From: a virus
Taxonomy: Duplodnaviria > Caudoviricetes
DNA: 34,977 bases
Strand: one strand, 5' to 3'
IMG/VR virus record: IMGVR_UViG_3300020045_009886
Coordinates: 1-34,977 of that record
Shown here: piece after piece, positions 1 through 8,957 of the stretch
Layout: the number at the start of each line of letters is the position of its first letter
Numbering within the stretch: position 1 is the stretch's first letter
Notes under the pieces: model-generated
The model's input: only the letters and a program-made list of their open reading frames with translations
Told to the model about the DNA's origin: nothing
The model's database searches: none
Position numbers and translations under genes: made by a program

Positions 1-14
1 CGCCAGCCAATTCG

Positions 15-203
15 CTAGTCTTGATTTTTACGAGTTCCATTTCCTTTCCTTGACAAATAATTCAAAACAAAACCATCAATATGCTGATGCGGCCTGATGT
101 GGCCTTTCAATACATCGCCAAGTAAACCGCGATTGATCTGGCGTGTCAGCCTGGCGAAACTATAAAGGCGCTGCCACCGCGCCTTGTATTCGTTAGCAAT
201 CAT
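15..203 (-). CDS. small hypothetical phage protein
   Basis: C-terminal part of the 15..368 ORF; ATG at 203 (MIANEYK) overlaps the end of the upstream 193..417 gene. Confidence 0.5.
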   Translation of the reverse strand: MIANEYKARWQRLYSFARLTRQINRGLLGDVLKGHIRPHQHIDGFVLNYLSRKGNGTRKNQD

Positions 204-417
204 GCTTATCCACAATTGCAGATCCGCAGCGCTGGCCTTCGACGTTGTAGACAATCGCCAGATGCTCGCCAGTTTTTGTGAACTGCGTATCGAAACAGAT
301 ATCGAAGCCGTCAACGTGCATTTGATTGCGCGCGTCATTGGCGCGGCAGGCTTTGAAAACAAGATCAATAATTTGGTTTTCGGTAGCGCGTTCTGTGTGG
401 AATTTTACGTTGTGCAT
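193..417 (-). CDS. hypothetical phage protein
   Basis: GGAGA RBS 6 nt before ATG at 417; directly downstream of the promoter at 456-484. Confidence 0.6.
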   Translation of the reverse strand: MHNVKFHTERATENQIIDLVFKACRANDARNQMHVDGFDICFDTQFTKTGEHLAIVYNVEGQRCGSAIVDKHDC

Positions 418-455
418 TGTCAATCTCCGGTTCAGTAATCAGTTGGTATGTGCTA

Positions 456-484
456 ACTATAGGCCGATTGATTTACTTTGTAAA
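456..484 (-). promoter_or_regulatory. sigma70-like promoter with operator palindrome over the -35 box
   Basis: minus strand TTTACA-17nt-TATAGT; TTTACTTTGTAAA at 472-484. Confidence 0.7.
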
Positions 485-521
485 TACTGTTGCCGACGAA
501 CGGCCTAATAGCAACACAAAG

Positions 522-543
522 AAAAACCGCCCGAAGGCGGCTT
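522..543 (-). terminator. intrinsic terminator after primase
   Basis: minus strand GCCGCC-TTCG-GGCGGT hairpin followed by a T run, immediately after the primase stop. Confidence 0.75.
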
Positions 544-545
544 GT

Positions 546-3281
546 TTAAACCAAACTAGCCAGCGGTATCGCTATGCACCTGCCCGACTTCCCGTTGATT
601 GACGCAACAGCCTGTCGGTCTGATACTTCAGGCAATCGACAAATCAGCCCACGCAAGTCGGCGGCATACGCGGTGCCAGCTACCAGCTTGACCAGCGCAT
701 CGCTGGTGTTGGCAATCATTAGCTGCCCTTTGACCACCTTCATACCATGCCGCTGCAGAGCCGCCTGTGCATCGCGCAAATCCATGTTGCAAGCAGGGTC
801 GCTATCGTTCTGGCGCGGCAATCCTGATAAGAATGCCAGCCGATCAAGCAGCTCATAAACGGTGTACTCGCTGCCATGCACAGTGCGAATTCTGGCGTCC
901 ATTAGTGCCTGCAATGCGCGCTCGGATTCGTTCACTTTCGCTGGCTCGGTGTACTCCTCCCAATCGTAGCCATTAATCCAGTCGGAAGCTTCTGATACAG
1001 TGGGTATGCGCGTTGAAGTCAGCGACCAGGCCCCTGCCAGCAAAGTACCGTACTGGTCGCCAGTTCGTTGGTTGCCGAAATACTCCGCTGCGGCCTTGAC
1101 GAAAATCTCGATGGTTTCAAGCACGACCGGCAACATGCCGACCACACGATGCAACATGCGCAGCGAAAAATCTGGATCGCGGCTGATGCGATAAAGCCCG
1201 TTCTGCATGCGCGTCCAGTTATCGCCAGCTCCCGCCGACGTATCTTTTTCGCGTAACGATAAAACCGTCAGGCGCTCGCGGTCGGCCTGGTGCTGAATGC
1301 CAACCTGAATCGACGCCAGGCAAAACATCGAGCGGATATGATACGGCGTCACCTTCCCGCCCGTCGTGCCTTTGAACGTGCGAGCACCTGACTCGCTCGA
1401 TGACTGGCGGATCAGTGCCAGCACGGCTTGCATGCGTTGCGTCTCGCGCTCGGTGTTCTGCTCCGACTCATCGAACAACACCGGCACCGCATCACCGCGA
1501 ATTTCTTGCCGCAAGCCAGCCTCGGTCGAATTGCCCTGCGCGTACACCGACACGTTGCCGATCAAGCGATTGACGAATTCCTCAAGGATGGTCGATTTAC
1601 CAGAGCCGGCTCCGCCAGTGATCCATACATGCGGACGCCAGCGCAGCGCGCCACACACCGGAGCCAGTGCACACCATCCAAGCACAAGGGCGGCAGAGGC
1701 CGGAACGCGCCAGCGGAATTGTCTAGCTAGAGCCAACAGCTCCTCGCCCTCATCGCTAGCCAGTGGCTCAACGTGGTCGAAACGCGGATAAGGCCGCTCA
1801 GCTTGGTAAATGTATTTGCTGCGCAGCTCAGTGATGCCACGATAAGCGCCGTCAACATGCAGCCGGTCGCCAAGGTGGAAAACCACGCGCTCAGTGTCGC
1901 GCCATGCACCACGTCCACGGATGCGGTCAGGGTTAAAAACGCCCTTGCGGTATGCGGTACGGAATAGCCAGTCAACCGCGTTTGTTTTGTCGTAGCGCGC
2001 TTTGGCCTTCGGGAAATACGATTCCCAATACTCAATAGGCGCAAGTGATAGCAGCCCGTTTTCGGTTAAATCGCCCTTGGCCAGTTCCTTGATCTGCTTA
2101 GCCTCATGCGGAAAAATATAGATGCTGTCGCGGTCGTAACCTAGGATCGTGAAGCCGCTTTCCTTCTCGGCAACTTCGTCAGCTGGCGGCTCAGCAGGCG
2201 TCTTGTTATCGTTGGCAGCTGGCTTAGCAGGCACGGCATCGGCATGAACTGGCGACGGCTTAGGCGCGTTCAGCACTGCATCGAACTGGCGTACGACAGC
2301 CGAATTTCCATCGAGCGCCGCTAGATCGTTGAAATCGGTCGGCTTGCTTTCAAGGCTGCTGAATTCTGGCACCACAACGACGCCCACGACCGCCTTGGCC
2401 GCTGCTGTCGCGAAGTGCAGTCCTGGATTCGGCATCGGCTTGAGCGTGAACTGGTCGTTATCCGCTGCAATGACGATTTTCGCCGTAGGGAAGGCCGTAC
2501 GCAGCCCTTCGGCTACTGGCTGTAGGTTGCCACTATCGAATGCCACAACGCACGGCAGACCTAGCGCCTCATGGATCGTAGCTCCGGTCGCGTAGCCCTC
2601 GCAGATCACGATGACTGGGTGCGTTGCCTTCGGGTCAGGCTTGCCGATGCTAAAAAAGCACCCGCGCTTTTTACCGCCAGATAGAAAGTCCTTATCGCGG
2701 CCTGATTTGTTTTCCTTGCTATGGAAAATAGCCTGCAGGCTGACGATCTTTTTGCCCTGGCGAATCGGCACCAACAGCGCATCAGGAATATCTAGCCAGA
2801 TTTCGCCAGTTTCCTCGCTAACACGCGTCCAGCGCCCAACACGCAGTCCATGCGACAGAACGCCCTTGCGCTCTAAATACGGGTGGTCGGCACACTCGGC
2901 AGCTGCATCCCAAACGATGCTTGCTTGCTCGGCGGCTTCGTCATGGCGTGCCTTTTCATCTGCCAAGCGCTTGGCTTTATCGGCTTCGCGCCTTGCCTCG
3001 ATGGCAGCACGTTCATCTGGCGTGATTTCGTTCGGCTTCTTAGCGCACCATGTATTAGAAACCCCGCGTTTCCAGCACCCGAACTCGCCAGCTGGCACGC
3101 CATCAGTGTGCAGGATATACCAGCCGGTCATGGACTTGGTTTTGTCGCCATCGACCGTGAATCGGGTCAGCTTGTCGGCGTCGGCCTTGATAGAGCCTCG
3201 AAACGGAACGCCAGCGTCAAACATGGCGGCGCGGAATTGGTCAATGATATCGGATTCAGATTGATAGGCTGCGGCGCTCAT
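546..3281 (-). CDS. primase-helicase (TOPRIM primase plus C-terminal P-loop helicase)
   Basis: HPYLERKG, VICEGYATG, IAADND and TDFNDL TOPRIM motifs; Walker A GGAGSGKS and Walker B-like VLFDESE; 911 aa. Confidence 0.88.
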   Translation of the reverse strand: MSAAAYQSESDIIDQFRAAMFDAGVPFRGSIKADADKLTRFTVDGDKTKSMTGWYILHTDGVPAGEFGCWKRGVSNTWCAKKPNEITPDERAAIEARREADKAKRLADEKARHDEAAEQASIVWDAAAECADHPYLERKGVLSHGLRVGRWTRVSEETGEIWLDIPDALLVPIRQGKKIVSLQAIFHSKENKSGRDKDFLSGGKKRGCFFSIGKPDPKATHPVIVICEGYATGATIHEALGLPCVVAFDSGNLQPVAEGLRTAFPTAKIVIAADNDQFTLKPMPNPGLHFATAAAKAVVGVVVVPEFSSLESKPTDFNDLAALDGNSAVVRQFDAVLNAPKPSPVHADAVPAKPAANDNKTPAEPPADEVAEKESGFTILGYDRDSIYIFPHEAKQIKELAKGDLTENGLLSLAPIEYWESYFPKAKARYDKTNAVDWLFRTAYRKGVFNPDRIRGRGAWRDTERVVFHLGDRLHVDGAYRGITELRSKYIYQAERPYPRFDHVEPLASDEGEELLALARQFRWRVPASAALVLGWCALAPVCGALRWRPHVWITGGAGSGKSTILEEFVNRLIGNVSVYAQGNSTEAGLRQEIRGDAVPVLFDESEQNTERETQRMQAVLALIRQSSSESGARTFKGTTGGKVTPYHIRSMFCLASIQVGIQHQADRERLTVLSLREKDTSAGAGDNWTRMQNGLYRISRDPDFSLRMLHRVVGMLPVVLETIEIFVKAAAEYFGNQRTGDQYGTLLAGAWSLTSTRIPTVSEASDWINGYDWEEYTEPAKVNESERALQALMDARIRTVHGSEYTVYELLDRLAFLSGLPRQNDSDPACNMDLRDAQAALQRHGMKVVKGQLMIANTSDALVKLVAGTAYAADLRGLICRLPEVSDRQAVASINGKSGRCIAIPLASLV

Positions 3282-3496
3282 ACTTTGGCCCCAGCTAGGA
3301 TCAGCGCGGCCAGCGCGACCACATCGGCACCAGTGAAGGCTTTGACGCGGTGATGCAAAAGAATCGTTTTCGCAGCACCAACAGCGACAGAAGCCTCAGT
3401 GATCGAGGCTGCGATTTTTTCGCTATTGGGCAAGTCGGCGATGACAGCCGTAACTTTCAAATCAAAATCGGGTAGTGGTGCAAATTCAATAGCCAT
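3278..3496 (-). CDS. hypothetical protein
   Basis: GAGG RBS before ATG 3496 (MAIEFAP); stop overlaps the primase ATG (ATGA). Confidence 0.65.
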   Translation of the reverse strand: MAIEFAPLPDFDLKVTAVIADLPNSEKIAASITEASVAVGAAKTILLHHRVKAFTGADVVALAALILAGAKV

Positions 3497-3619
3497 AACA
3501 ACCTCACGAACGGACAGACAAACGAACGGACAGCTCGCAGAAATGTAGGCGAGCATAATAACGCTGATTCAGCGCTTGTATGAAATACAGGAAATTGATT
3601 GCTGGCGTTAAACCGATAG

Positions 3620-3856
3620 TCAGGCTGTATTTGCGCCCTGCTCTTCCAGCGAACGGCGCAAAATATCCAACATGCGCGAAGGGATCGCGCGCGTAGGTGT
3701 TTTCATCAAAAAGATGCGCACGGTGTTCTCGGCGTAGCCCAGCACCTTGCAGACAAAGCGGATTTTATCAATCTGCTTGTCGCCAGGCACAGCCTCAAAA
3801 ATGGCCTTGAATTCCGCCGTGCGCTGTTGCGCTGTTTGTTTTACTTGCTTAGTCAT
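3620..3856 (-). CDS. putative HTH DNA-binding protein
   Basis: 78 aa basic protein; VCKVLGYAENTVRIFL..IP resembles an XRE/Cro-type helix-turn-helix; has its own promoter. Confidence 0.5.
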   Translation of the reverse strand: MTKQVKQTAQQRTAEFKAIFEAVPGDKQIDKIRFVCKVLGYAENTVRIFLMKTPTRAIPSRMLDILRRSLEEQGANTA

Positions 3857-3883
3857 TGCGGTAATCCGTTGTTGAATAGCCAG

Positions 3884-3913
3884 ATTCTAGGCGTTTATTG
3901 TTTACATTGCAAA
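3884..3913 (-). promoter_or_regulatory. promoter with variant operator
   Basis: minus strand TTGCAA-17nt-TAGAAT; TTTACATTGCAAA at 3901-3913. Confidence 0.6.
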
Positions 3914-3928
3914 CGGTTATGCGGATTG

Positions 3929-4063
3929 CTAGTCATGCGGTGCAGTTTTACAGCCAGCACAGAACCAAGCTGAGCGGGCTGGCGTGATGTTGACGTAACC
4001 ACCGCCAGCCCTTGGGCGTCGAAATTTGCAGCCATAGCAGATCAGGTGCGTGCTGTCGGTCAT
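3929..4063 (-). CDS. small zinc-ribbon protein
   Basis: CYGC...CAGC; ATG at 4063 overlaps the upstream TAA (TAATG coupling). Confidence 0.6.
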   Translation of the reverse strand: MTDSTHLICYGCKFRRPRAGGGYVNITPARSAWFCAGCKTAPHD

Positions 4064-4698
4064 TAGGCAGTAGCCTCGCCATCGCCCTGCTTCTGAACTG
4101 GGCACCAAGCAGGGCTGACGTAGCAAGGATCGCCGCGCATAGGCATGATGATCACGATAGCATCGTGTGCACTGTTGGTAAGCAGAACCGGCCCATTATC
4201 GTCAGCTTGGAAAACCTGTACTTCATCCCATTTGTAAAGCTTTGGAAACAACGCCCAAGCGTCTTTGAAATACTGACGATTCCACGTCGATGTTTGCACG
4301 CCAGGCTTGAGCCTATCAGCGGCAGGGATAACTTTAGCCGAATTTGGGAATTTACCATCGATTGTCGCTTTTTCGTAGCGAATATTAGAGCTACCCTTAA
4401 GCGGATCAAACTGTGTAACAGAGCCGTCCTCGTAGATGAGGATTTTGCCAGTTTTTGGCAGCTTAGCCACCACGTCACGGCACAAAATGACGCTAGCTGG
4501 ATCGCCAGTTAAAGCGCCGTTATCGTCATGCAAAATTGCCATCATGTGGCCGTTGGTGGCCTCAATGATGCAGGTATGCCCATTGCCAGACTGGCGAATA
4601 TGGATGCCGTTCAGGTAGTAACGAATATCGCCCTTAGCTGCGAATGGCAGCGCGGCGTGCAATAGTTTTGCGCTTACTTCAAAAATTGGTTCTGACAT
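4063..4698 (-). CDS. DNA polymerase III beta-clamp-like protein (short, ~211 aa)
   Basis: DIRYYLNGIHI, EATNGH, IDGKFPN and IIMPMR match DnaN motifs; GGAGA RBS before ATG 4698. Confidence 0.75.
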   Translation of the reverse strand: MSEPIFEVSAKLLHAALPFAAKGDIRYYLNGIHIRQSGNGHTCIIEATNGHMMAILHDDNGALTGDPASVILCRDVVAKLPKTGKILIYEDGSVTQFDPLKGSSNIRYEKATIDGKFPNSAKVIPAADRLKPGVQTSTWNRQYFKDAWALFPKLYKWDEVQVFQADDNGPVLLTNSAHDAIVIIMPMRGDPCYVSPAWCPVQKQGDGEATA

Positions 4699-4778
4699 TT
4701 TTATTCTCCAAATGAATTTATAGGGTATATCGCTGGCGGCATTAGAGAACAAAGCTTCCAGCGATATACCATAATAGT

Positions 4779-5105
4779 TTACATTCCAAATCGTACTAAC
4801 CAACCGAAGAACAAGCAAACTAATGGTGGAATAATACTTTTAAGAGTGTAATCAATTGCCAACTCGAATTTGCTCTTATCTTTTTTATTGGCCGCATCAA
4901 GTCCACGCATTCCCAATATTGAAGATATCAGTATCGACAAGCCAGCAGCATGCCAAACGCCAATATGTGGAGCTCCAAGCGGAACAGCAAACCACAACCA
5001 TAGATTTGATGTTGCGTAACCACTAAGCGCCATGAAACAAGGTAGGGAAAGGATGACGTATAAAATAAGAAGCACAAAAGTCCTTCGCCAGCACATGGCT
5101 GGCAT
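4779..5105 (-). CDS. membrane protein
   Basis: three hydrophobic segments in 108 aa; start uncertain. Confidence 0.6.
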   Translation of the reverse strand: MPAMCWRRTFVLLILYVILSLPCFMALSGYATSNLWLWFAVPLGAPHIGVWHAAGLSILISSILGMRGLDAANKKDKSKFELAIDYTLKSIIPPLVCLFFGWLVRFGM

Positions 5106-5116
5106 GTAATTAACGG

Positions 5117-5362
5117 TTAGGCGATCTTCAACATGCCACTAGCAATCTGCCGCTGACGGCGAGCAACTTCGCGCTTGCCGCCACCTACCGGCACATTCTT
5201 GAGTGTGGTCTGGCGATGATTGGTAGCAAGGCCGGAAAACTTATCCTTACCTTTGCCGCGTGAAACATCTTGGCCATAAGTTGCGATTGCATCATTCAAG
5301 CCCATTGCTTGGATGGCCGCAAAAAGAGCGATAGAACGTGCGAAAGGTCGTGATTGCATCAT
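5117..5362 (-). CDS. hypothetical basic protein
   Basis: AGGA RBS; fits the gene run. Confidence 0.6.
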   Translation of the reverse strand: MMQSRPFARSIALFAAIQAMGLNDAIATYGQDVSRGKGKDKFSGLATNHRQTTLKNVPVGGGKREVARRQRQIASGMLKIA

Positions 5363-5414
5363 TTTGGTATTTCCTTTGAGTGTTTGCCCTAGCTGGATGG
5401 ATAGGGCGGGTGGG

Positions 5415-6038
5415 TTATTGTTTAGGTGTTTTCAAACCAGCAGCCATAAGCTGCGTGATTACATTGCCAGCAATTACTGCAGGTAGCGCTGGTGCTGGCG
5501 GTGCCTTGATACCATCAGGGATATAGTCGGCAAGCTCTGGCGCAATCTCGATCAATTTTTCTACCGTTTTCACCGAGTTCACAATGGCACATACGCTCTG
5601 GCGTAGTGATCCGCGTTCGTTGATTAGCGTATTGATTGCTTCTTCTTGCTGCTTCACCATCGCCAGAACGTCTTCGTCCAGAACAGTCACGTCAGGTGAC
5701 GAATAGCTTGAAACCATAGATTTTGGGAATGCTCGCGCCCCTGGCAAATCCACACGATCAATGTAGCGACCAGTCACATTAAAGCTCTGAAATTTAGACT
5801 TTGTTTTCTTACCATTTGAATCAAGGTAATGAATATCAATCATTGGCGACCAACAAAACCACTCTGGCGGGTTACCCTTCACCAGATCAAGGAACTTAGC
5901 AGGGATCGCCTGCATGTACGCGGCTTGAGCAATAACAGGGAAATTCGCCTTGATTGCATCAATGCGCTCAGCGAATGTGGCTTTGATGATGGCGGCAATA
6001 ATTTCACCGCGATTTGTTTTGTTTAATGGTGTTGGCAT
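5415..6038 (-). CDS. Nmad5-like (nucleotide-modification-associated domain 5) protein
   Basis: N-terminal LNKTNRGEI and C-terminal KTVEKLIEIAPELADYIP..LP pattern recalled for this family; GAGGA RBS. Confidence 0.55.
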   Translation of the reverse strand: MPTPLNKTNRGEIIAAIIKATFAERIDAIKANFPVIAQAAYMQAIPAKFLDLVKGNPPEWFCWSPMIDIHYLDSNGKKTKSKFQSFNVTGRYIDRVDLPGARAFPKSMVSSYSSPDVTVLDEDVLAMVKQQEEAINTLINERGSLRQSVCAIVNSVKTVEKLIEIAPELADYIPDGIKAPPAPALPAVIAGNVITQLMAAGLKTPKQ

Positions 6039-6125
6039 GATGATCCTCTAAGGCAATAAAATAATCGGCTGGAAGCCCAGCCAGGCAAATCCCCATTGCT
6101 GGGGCGTTGATAACCTTTGCAACTG

Positions 6126-6159
6126 TTTACATAGTAAAGCATATTCTTTACTTTGTAAA
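6126..6159 (-). promoter_or_regulatory. promoter with two operator palindromes
   Basis: minus strand TTTACA-17nt-TACTAT; TTTACTTTGTAAA at 6147-6159 over -35 and TTTACATAGTAAA at 6126-6138 over -10. Confidence 0.72.
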
Positions 6160-6188
6160 TACCTTTTGCCAAAAAAATAACCTTTCGG

Positions 6189-6392
6189 CTATTTCTTGCG
6201 CTGCTTAGCAAATTCTTCCCGCTGCAGCCGCTCAAACTCTCGCTTAAATGCCGCTTTCACCGTTGCCGTGTAGCTATCAGGGAAACGATCCCGCAGCATC
6301 TTAGCATTAGCCAAGATGTACCAGCTGCCGTACTTCGCTGAAAACTTGAGCAAGTACATCGGGTCTTTGTGCGTGCGCTTAGCATCTGCCAC
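6189..6392 (-). CDS. hypothetical protein
   Basis: 67 aa ORF overlapping the end of the VRR-NUC gene. Confidence 0.55.
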   Translation of the reverse strand: MADAKRTHKDPMYLLKFSAKYGSWYILANAKMLRDRFPDSYTATVKAAFKREFERLQREEFAKQRKK

Positions 6393-6744
6393 TTTTCACA
6401 TCCTCAACAAACGCCAGCATTTCGGCCTCAGACCTGATTAAGCGGTATTTCCCGCCGCGCGCCTCGAAAGCGGCCTGCCAGTTCCTTTGCTGCTCAGACT
6501 GGCGACCCTTCACCGTTTTCATTTCAGCCGCTACAGCCACGCCGATGACCTTGCCGACCATATCTGCCGTAATCACCAGCTCGACCACGCCAATAGTGTC
6601 GGGTGCGCCAGGATTTCCAACCTTGATAATCCGCGACGGATCATCCATAGCGCGAAACACGCCAGTCTGATTGCGGAATATAAATGTATCGCGTCGCGCG
6701 CCAACGGCTAATAGTGCCGAGTTCTGAATGTTTTTTTCTTTCAT
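6379..6744 (-). CDS. VRR-NUC domain nuclease (putative Holliday junction resolvase)
   Basis: FRNQTG, GAPDTIG, AEMKT..GRQSEQQ..W....GG PD-(D/E)XK pattern. Confidence 0.8.
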   Translation of the reverse strand: MKEKNIQNSALLAVGARRDTFIFRNQTGVFRAMDDPSRIIKVGNPGAPDTIGVVELVITADMVGKVIGVAVAAEMKTVKGRQSEQQRNWQAAFEARGGKYRLIRSEAEMLAFVEDVKSGRC

Positions 6745-6790
6745 TCGCGTATTGTATCAAGCGCTGCAATTGTTCGCACAACGTAAACTA

Positions 6791-7378
6791 CTACTGTACT
6801 GTAACGCCGTTCGCTTTAAGCTGCTCCGACACCATCGTCTTAGCCTCGATCAGCGCCGTCATCGTGTGGCCTTGCGTCGATACGGCAAGCAGATCATTGA
6901 CCCAATGCATCGACTCACGTAACGCCTTGGTTTCGTCGCCAGTGGCCCCGAATTTATTCTTCGCAGCGTAGCGCTCACCGATGCAAGCCAGCGCGTCTGC
7001 CGCTGCCTCGAAAATTTCTTTCGATGAAATCACTGCTGCTTTCGTTCCATCTGTGCCGAACTCATAGAGCCGCTTTGCCAGGCAGAACCCTAGAATGTTG
7101 ATCTCGTTCAGCGTGATGAATCCGTCCATATCAAGCCATGGTGCCAACTTAGCTGAGCCAGACAGTGCCTGCATCGCAGCCCAAGCTGGCTGCATCAGCA
7201 GCGTAATTGCTTGCTCTGGCTGAGCCTCGAAAGACTTTTTCACCAGCAACGTATTCACCGCAAGCGATGCAGCGGATTTATCTAGCTTCTGAGCCTGAAC
7301 TTTATTTTGCTGGCGGGCTTGTTGCTTCAATTTCTTTGCCGTGCGCTGATCCGCAAGGCGGCTTGATAGGCTGCTCAT
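6791..7378 (-). CDS. hypothetical protein
   Basis: 195 aa ORF with AGGA RBS. Confidence 0.7.
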   Translation of the reverse strand: MSSLSSRLADQRTAKKLKQQARQQNKVQAQKLDKSAASLAVNTLLVKKSFEAQPEQAITLLMQPAWAAMQALSGSAKLAPWLDMDGFITLNEINILGFCLAKRLYEFGTDGTKAAVISSKEIFEAAADALACIGERYAAKNKFGATGDETKALRESMHWVNDLLAVSTQGHTMTALIEAKTMVSEQLKANGVTVQ

Positions 7379-7453
7379 TATTTAGTTTTTCCTTGGATTT
7401 CAAAAACTGCCAAAGCCGAACGCGACGACGCTGGCAATTCAATATTTTTCGGC

Positions 7454-7636
7454 TCATATCTTGTCCTGCTGATACTTATCTGAAACCGGCCGACTATCGC
7501 CGCGTGAATGATGCTTCCCAATTTTCTTGGCATATTGCGGCAGTGTTTCATGCCACCATTTAACACCATCATCATCAGCAACTACCCACCGAGCCCAGAT
7601 AGGACGATCTGGATGGTTTTCGTTGGATAGTCGCAT
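7454..7636 (-). CDS. hypothetical phage protein, possibly frameshifted near the 3' end
   Basis: PIWARWVVADDDGVKWW resembles a common small phage protein motif; coupled to the upstream stop (TGATG). Confidence 0.55.
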   Translation of the reverse strand: MRLSNENHPDRPIWARWVVADDDGVKWWHETLPQYAKKIGKHHSRGDSRPVSDKYQQDKI

Positions 7637-7947
7637 CAGTGCTTAATTACCGCTAAAAGTTCACGATCAATCGTCGCATCGATTTCCTCAATGCTGGCGT
7701 CTTTCAAGCACTTGCAATTGATCAAATAGGCAACGCGAAAACGCTCGTAACGCTGTGCATTAGCCTGATACTGCTCAAGGTCAATCTGAGCGCTTGACGC
7801 CAGCTTGATTGCCTCTGCGGCATACAGGCGATTCTGGGCAATTTCATTGTCAGCGGTAATCACCGCGTAGCCTAGGCCGATGATTACCGAGGCCACGACT
7901 GCCTTGGCGATGTTGTTTCTGCTAAAAATCTTTGTTAGTTCGCTCAT
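7636..7947 (-). CDS. membrane-anchored hypothetical protein
   Basis: N-terminal hydrophobic segment; ATGA overlap with upstream gene. Confidence 0.6.
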   Translation of the reverse strand: MSELTKIFSRNNIAKAVVASVIIGLGYAVITADNEIAQNRLYAAEAIKLASSAQIDLEQYQANAQRYERFRVAYLINCKCLKDASIEEIDATIDRELLAVIKH

Positions 7948-8438
7948 GCTCTTAGCTCCCGTAAAGTGCGTAATTTATCTAGCTGATAATCAGTATCATA
8001 CCCGCCCGCATCTTCAATCTTGGCAATCAATGCCAGCCGACTTGCCCCAGTTCGATCAACGCGCACCATGTTGTGGGGCTTTACTGGCGGCGCAATAGAG
8101 TGATTAAACTTCGGGCTGAGCATAGAGCCATCCCCTTGCTGCTTTGTTCCCCCAGTAGGCTTGCGCTTGCTTTGTCCTTGAATATCTAGCTCAGGCTCGA
8201 CACGAGTTTTGATCCAAACCCCGCTAGTAGGATCATAAGCTTTCGGAGCTTCAACTTCGCGCAGCATTCCATATTTTAACGCCGTGCGCATAAACAAGCG
8301 GAACTCGTTGAAATCTGGCGCTGCGATATTTTCCTGCCCTTGGATAAACTCTCCAGAAATACGGCTTAGGACATTTTTACATTGTTGGATTGCGGCTTTG
8401 GCTCTAGCAACGCCTTGGACTTGTATAGCTATAATCAT
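7944..8438 (-). CDS. hypothetical protein
   Basis: 164 aa; GAGGA RBS; ATGA overlap. Confidence 0.65.
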   Translation of the reverse strand: MIIAIQVQGVARAKAAIQQCKNVLSRISGEFIQGQENIAAPDFNEFRLFMRTALKYGMLREVEAPKAYDPTSGVWIKTRVEPELDIQGQSKRKPTGGTKQQGDGSMLSPKFNHSIAPPVKPHNMVRVDRTGASRLALIAKIEDAGGYDTDYQLDKLRTLRELRA

Positions 8439-8728
8439 TCCTCACCCCGCGCATGAATGCGGCCAGATAGATCACGGCCAGATGGATAGCACAGCCGATT
8501 ACCGTCAGGCATTGCCTTCGGTTCCATGCTGGCGCAAGGATCATACGCAGCCACAACATCAGCGCCAGTATTAAGTGCCAGATAAAGCCGAGCAGCAGCA
8601 ACGACAGCGCAAAGCAATGCAATACTGCAGACACCAGCGATCACAGCCAGCGCAGATGTAACTGCCGCACTATTTTTCTCTGGCGCATTCATATCAACGC
8701 CGTTTTTGATAAAAATACCTTTTTTCAT
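8435..8728 (-). CDS. membrane-anchored hypothetical protein
   Basis: hydrophobic segment followed by a Cys pair; GGAGA RBS. Confidence 0.55.
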   Translation of the reverse strand: MKKGIFIKNGVDMNAPEKNSAAVTSALAVIAGVCSIALLCAVVAAARLYLALNTGADVVAAYDPCASMEPKAMPDGNRLCYPSGRDLSGRIHARGEE

Positions 8729-8730
8729 AA

Positions 8731-8883
8731 CTATCTCCGGTCGTTTTTAGGTTCGGCAATTTCGCCAATGGTTTCAAGCGCCTTATCAAGCTGCTGCGCT
8801 TCTTCAACGGTAGCGCCTTGCACTACCAGCTTATTTTCTGAATATAGCCGCCAGATGATGCGGCAGGCTTGGAGTAGATTCAT
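8731..8883 (-). CDS. small hypothetical protein
   Basis: ATG 8883 (MNLLQAC) is the first start downstream of the 8915-8943 promoter. Confidence 0.5.
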   Translation of the reverse strand: MNLLQACRIIWRLYSENKLVVQGATVEEAQQLDKALETIGEIAEPKNDRR

Positions 8884-8914
8884 TTTGCTGCGCCTTGTTT
8901 GCTTCCATGAGCAC

Positions 8915-8943
8915 AATATAAATCAATCAATTTACTTTGTAAA
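8915..8943 (-). promoter_or_regulatory. promoter with operator palindrome
   Basis: minus strand TTTACA-17nt-TATATT; TTTACTTTGTAAA at 8931-8943. Confidence 0.7.
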
Positions 8944-8957
8944 TACTTTTAATTGAT

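Noticed and set aside
574-3353. Plus-strand ORFs within the primase, and similar ones opposite other large genes
   Set aside because: Antisense shadows of well-supported genes with no recognisable motifs.
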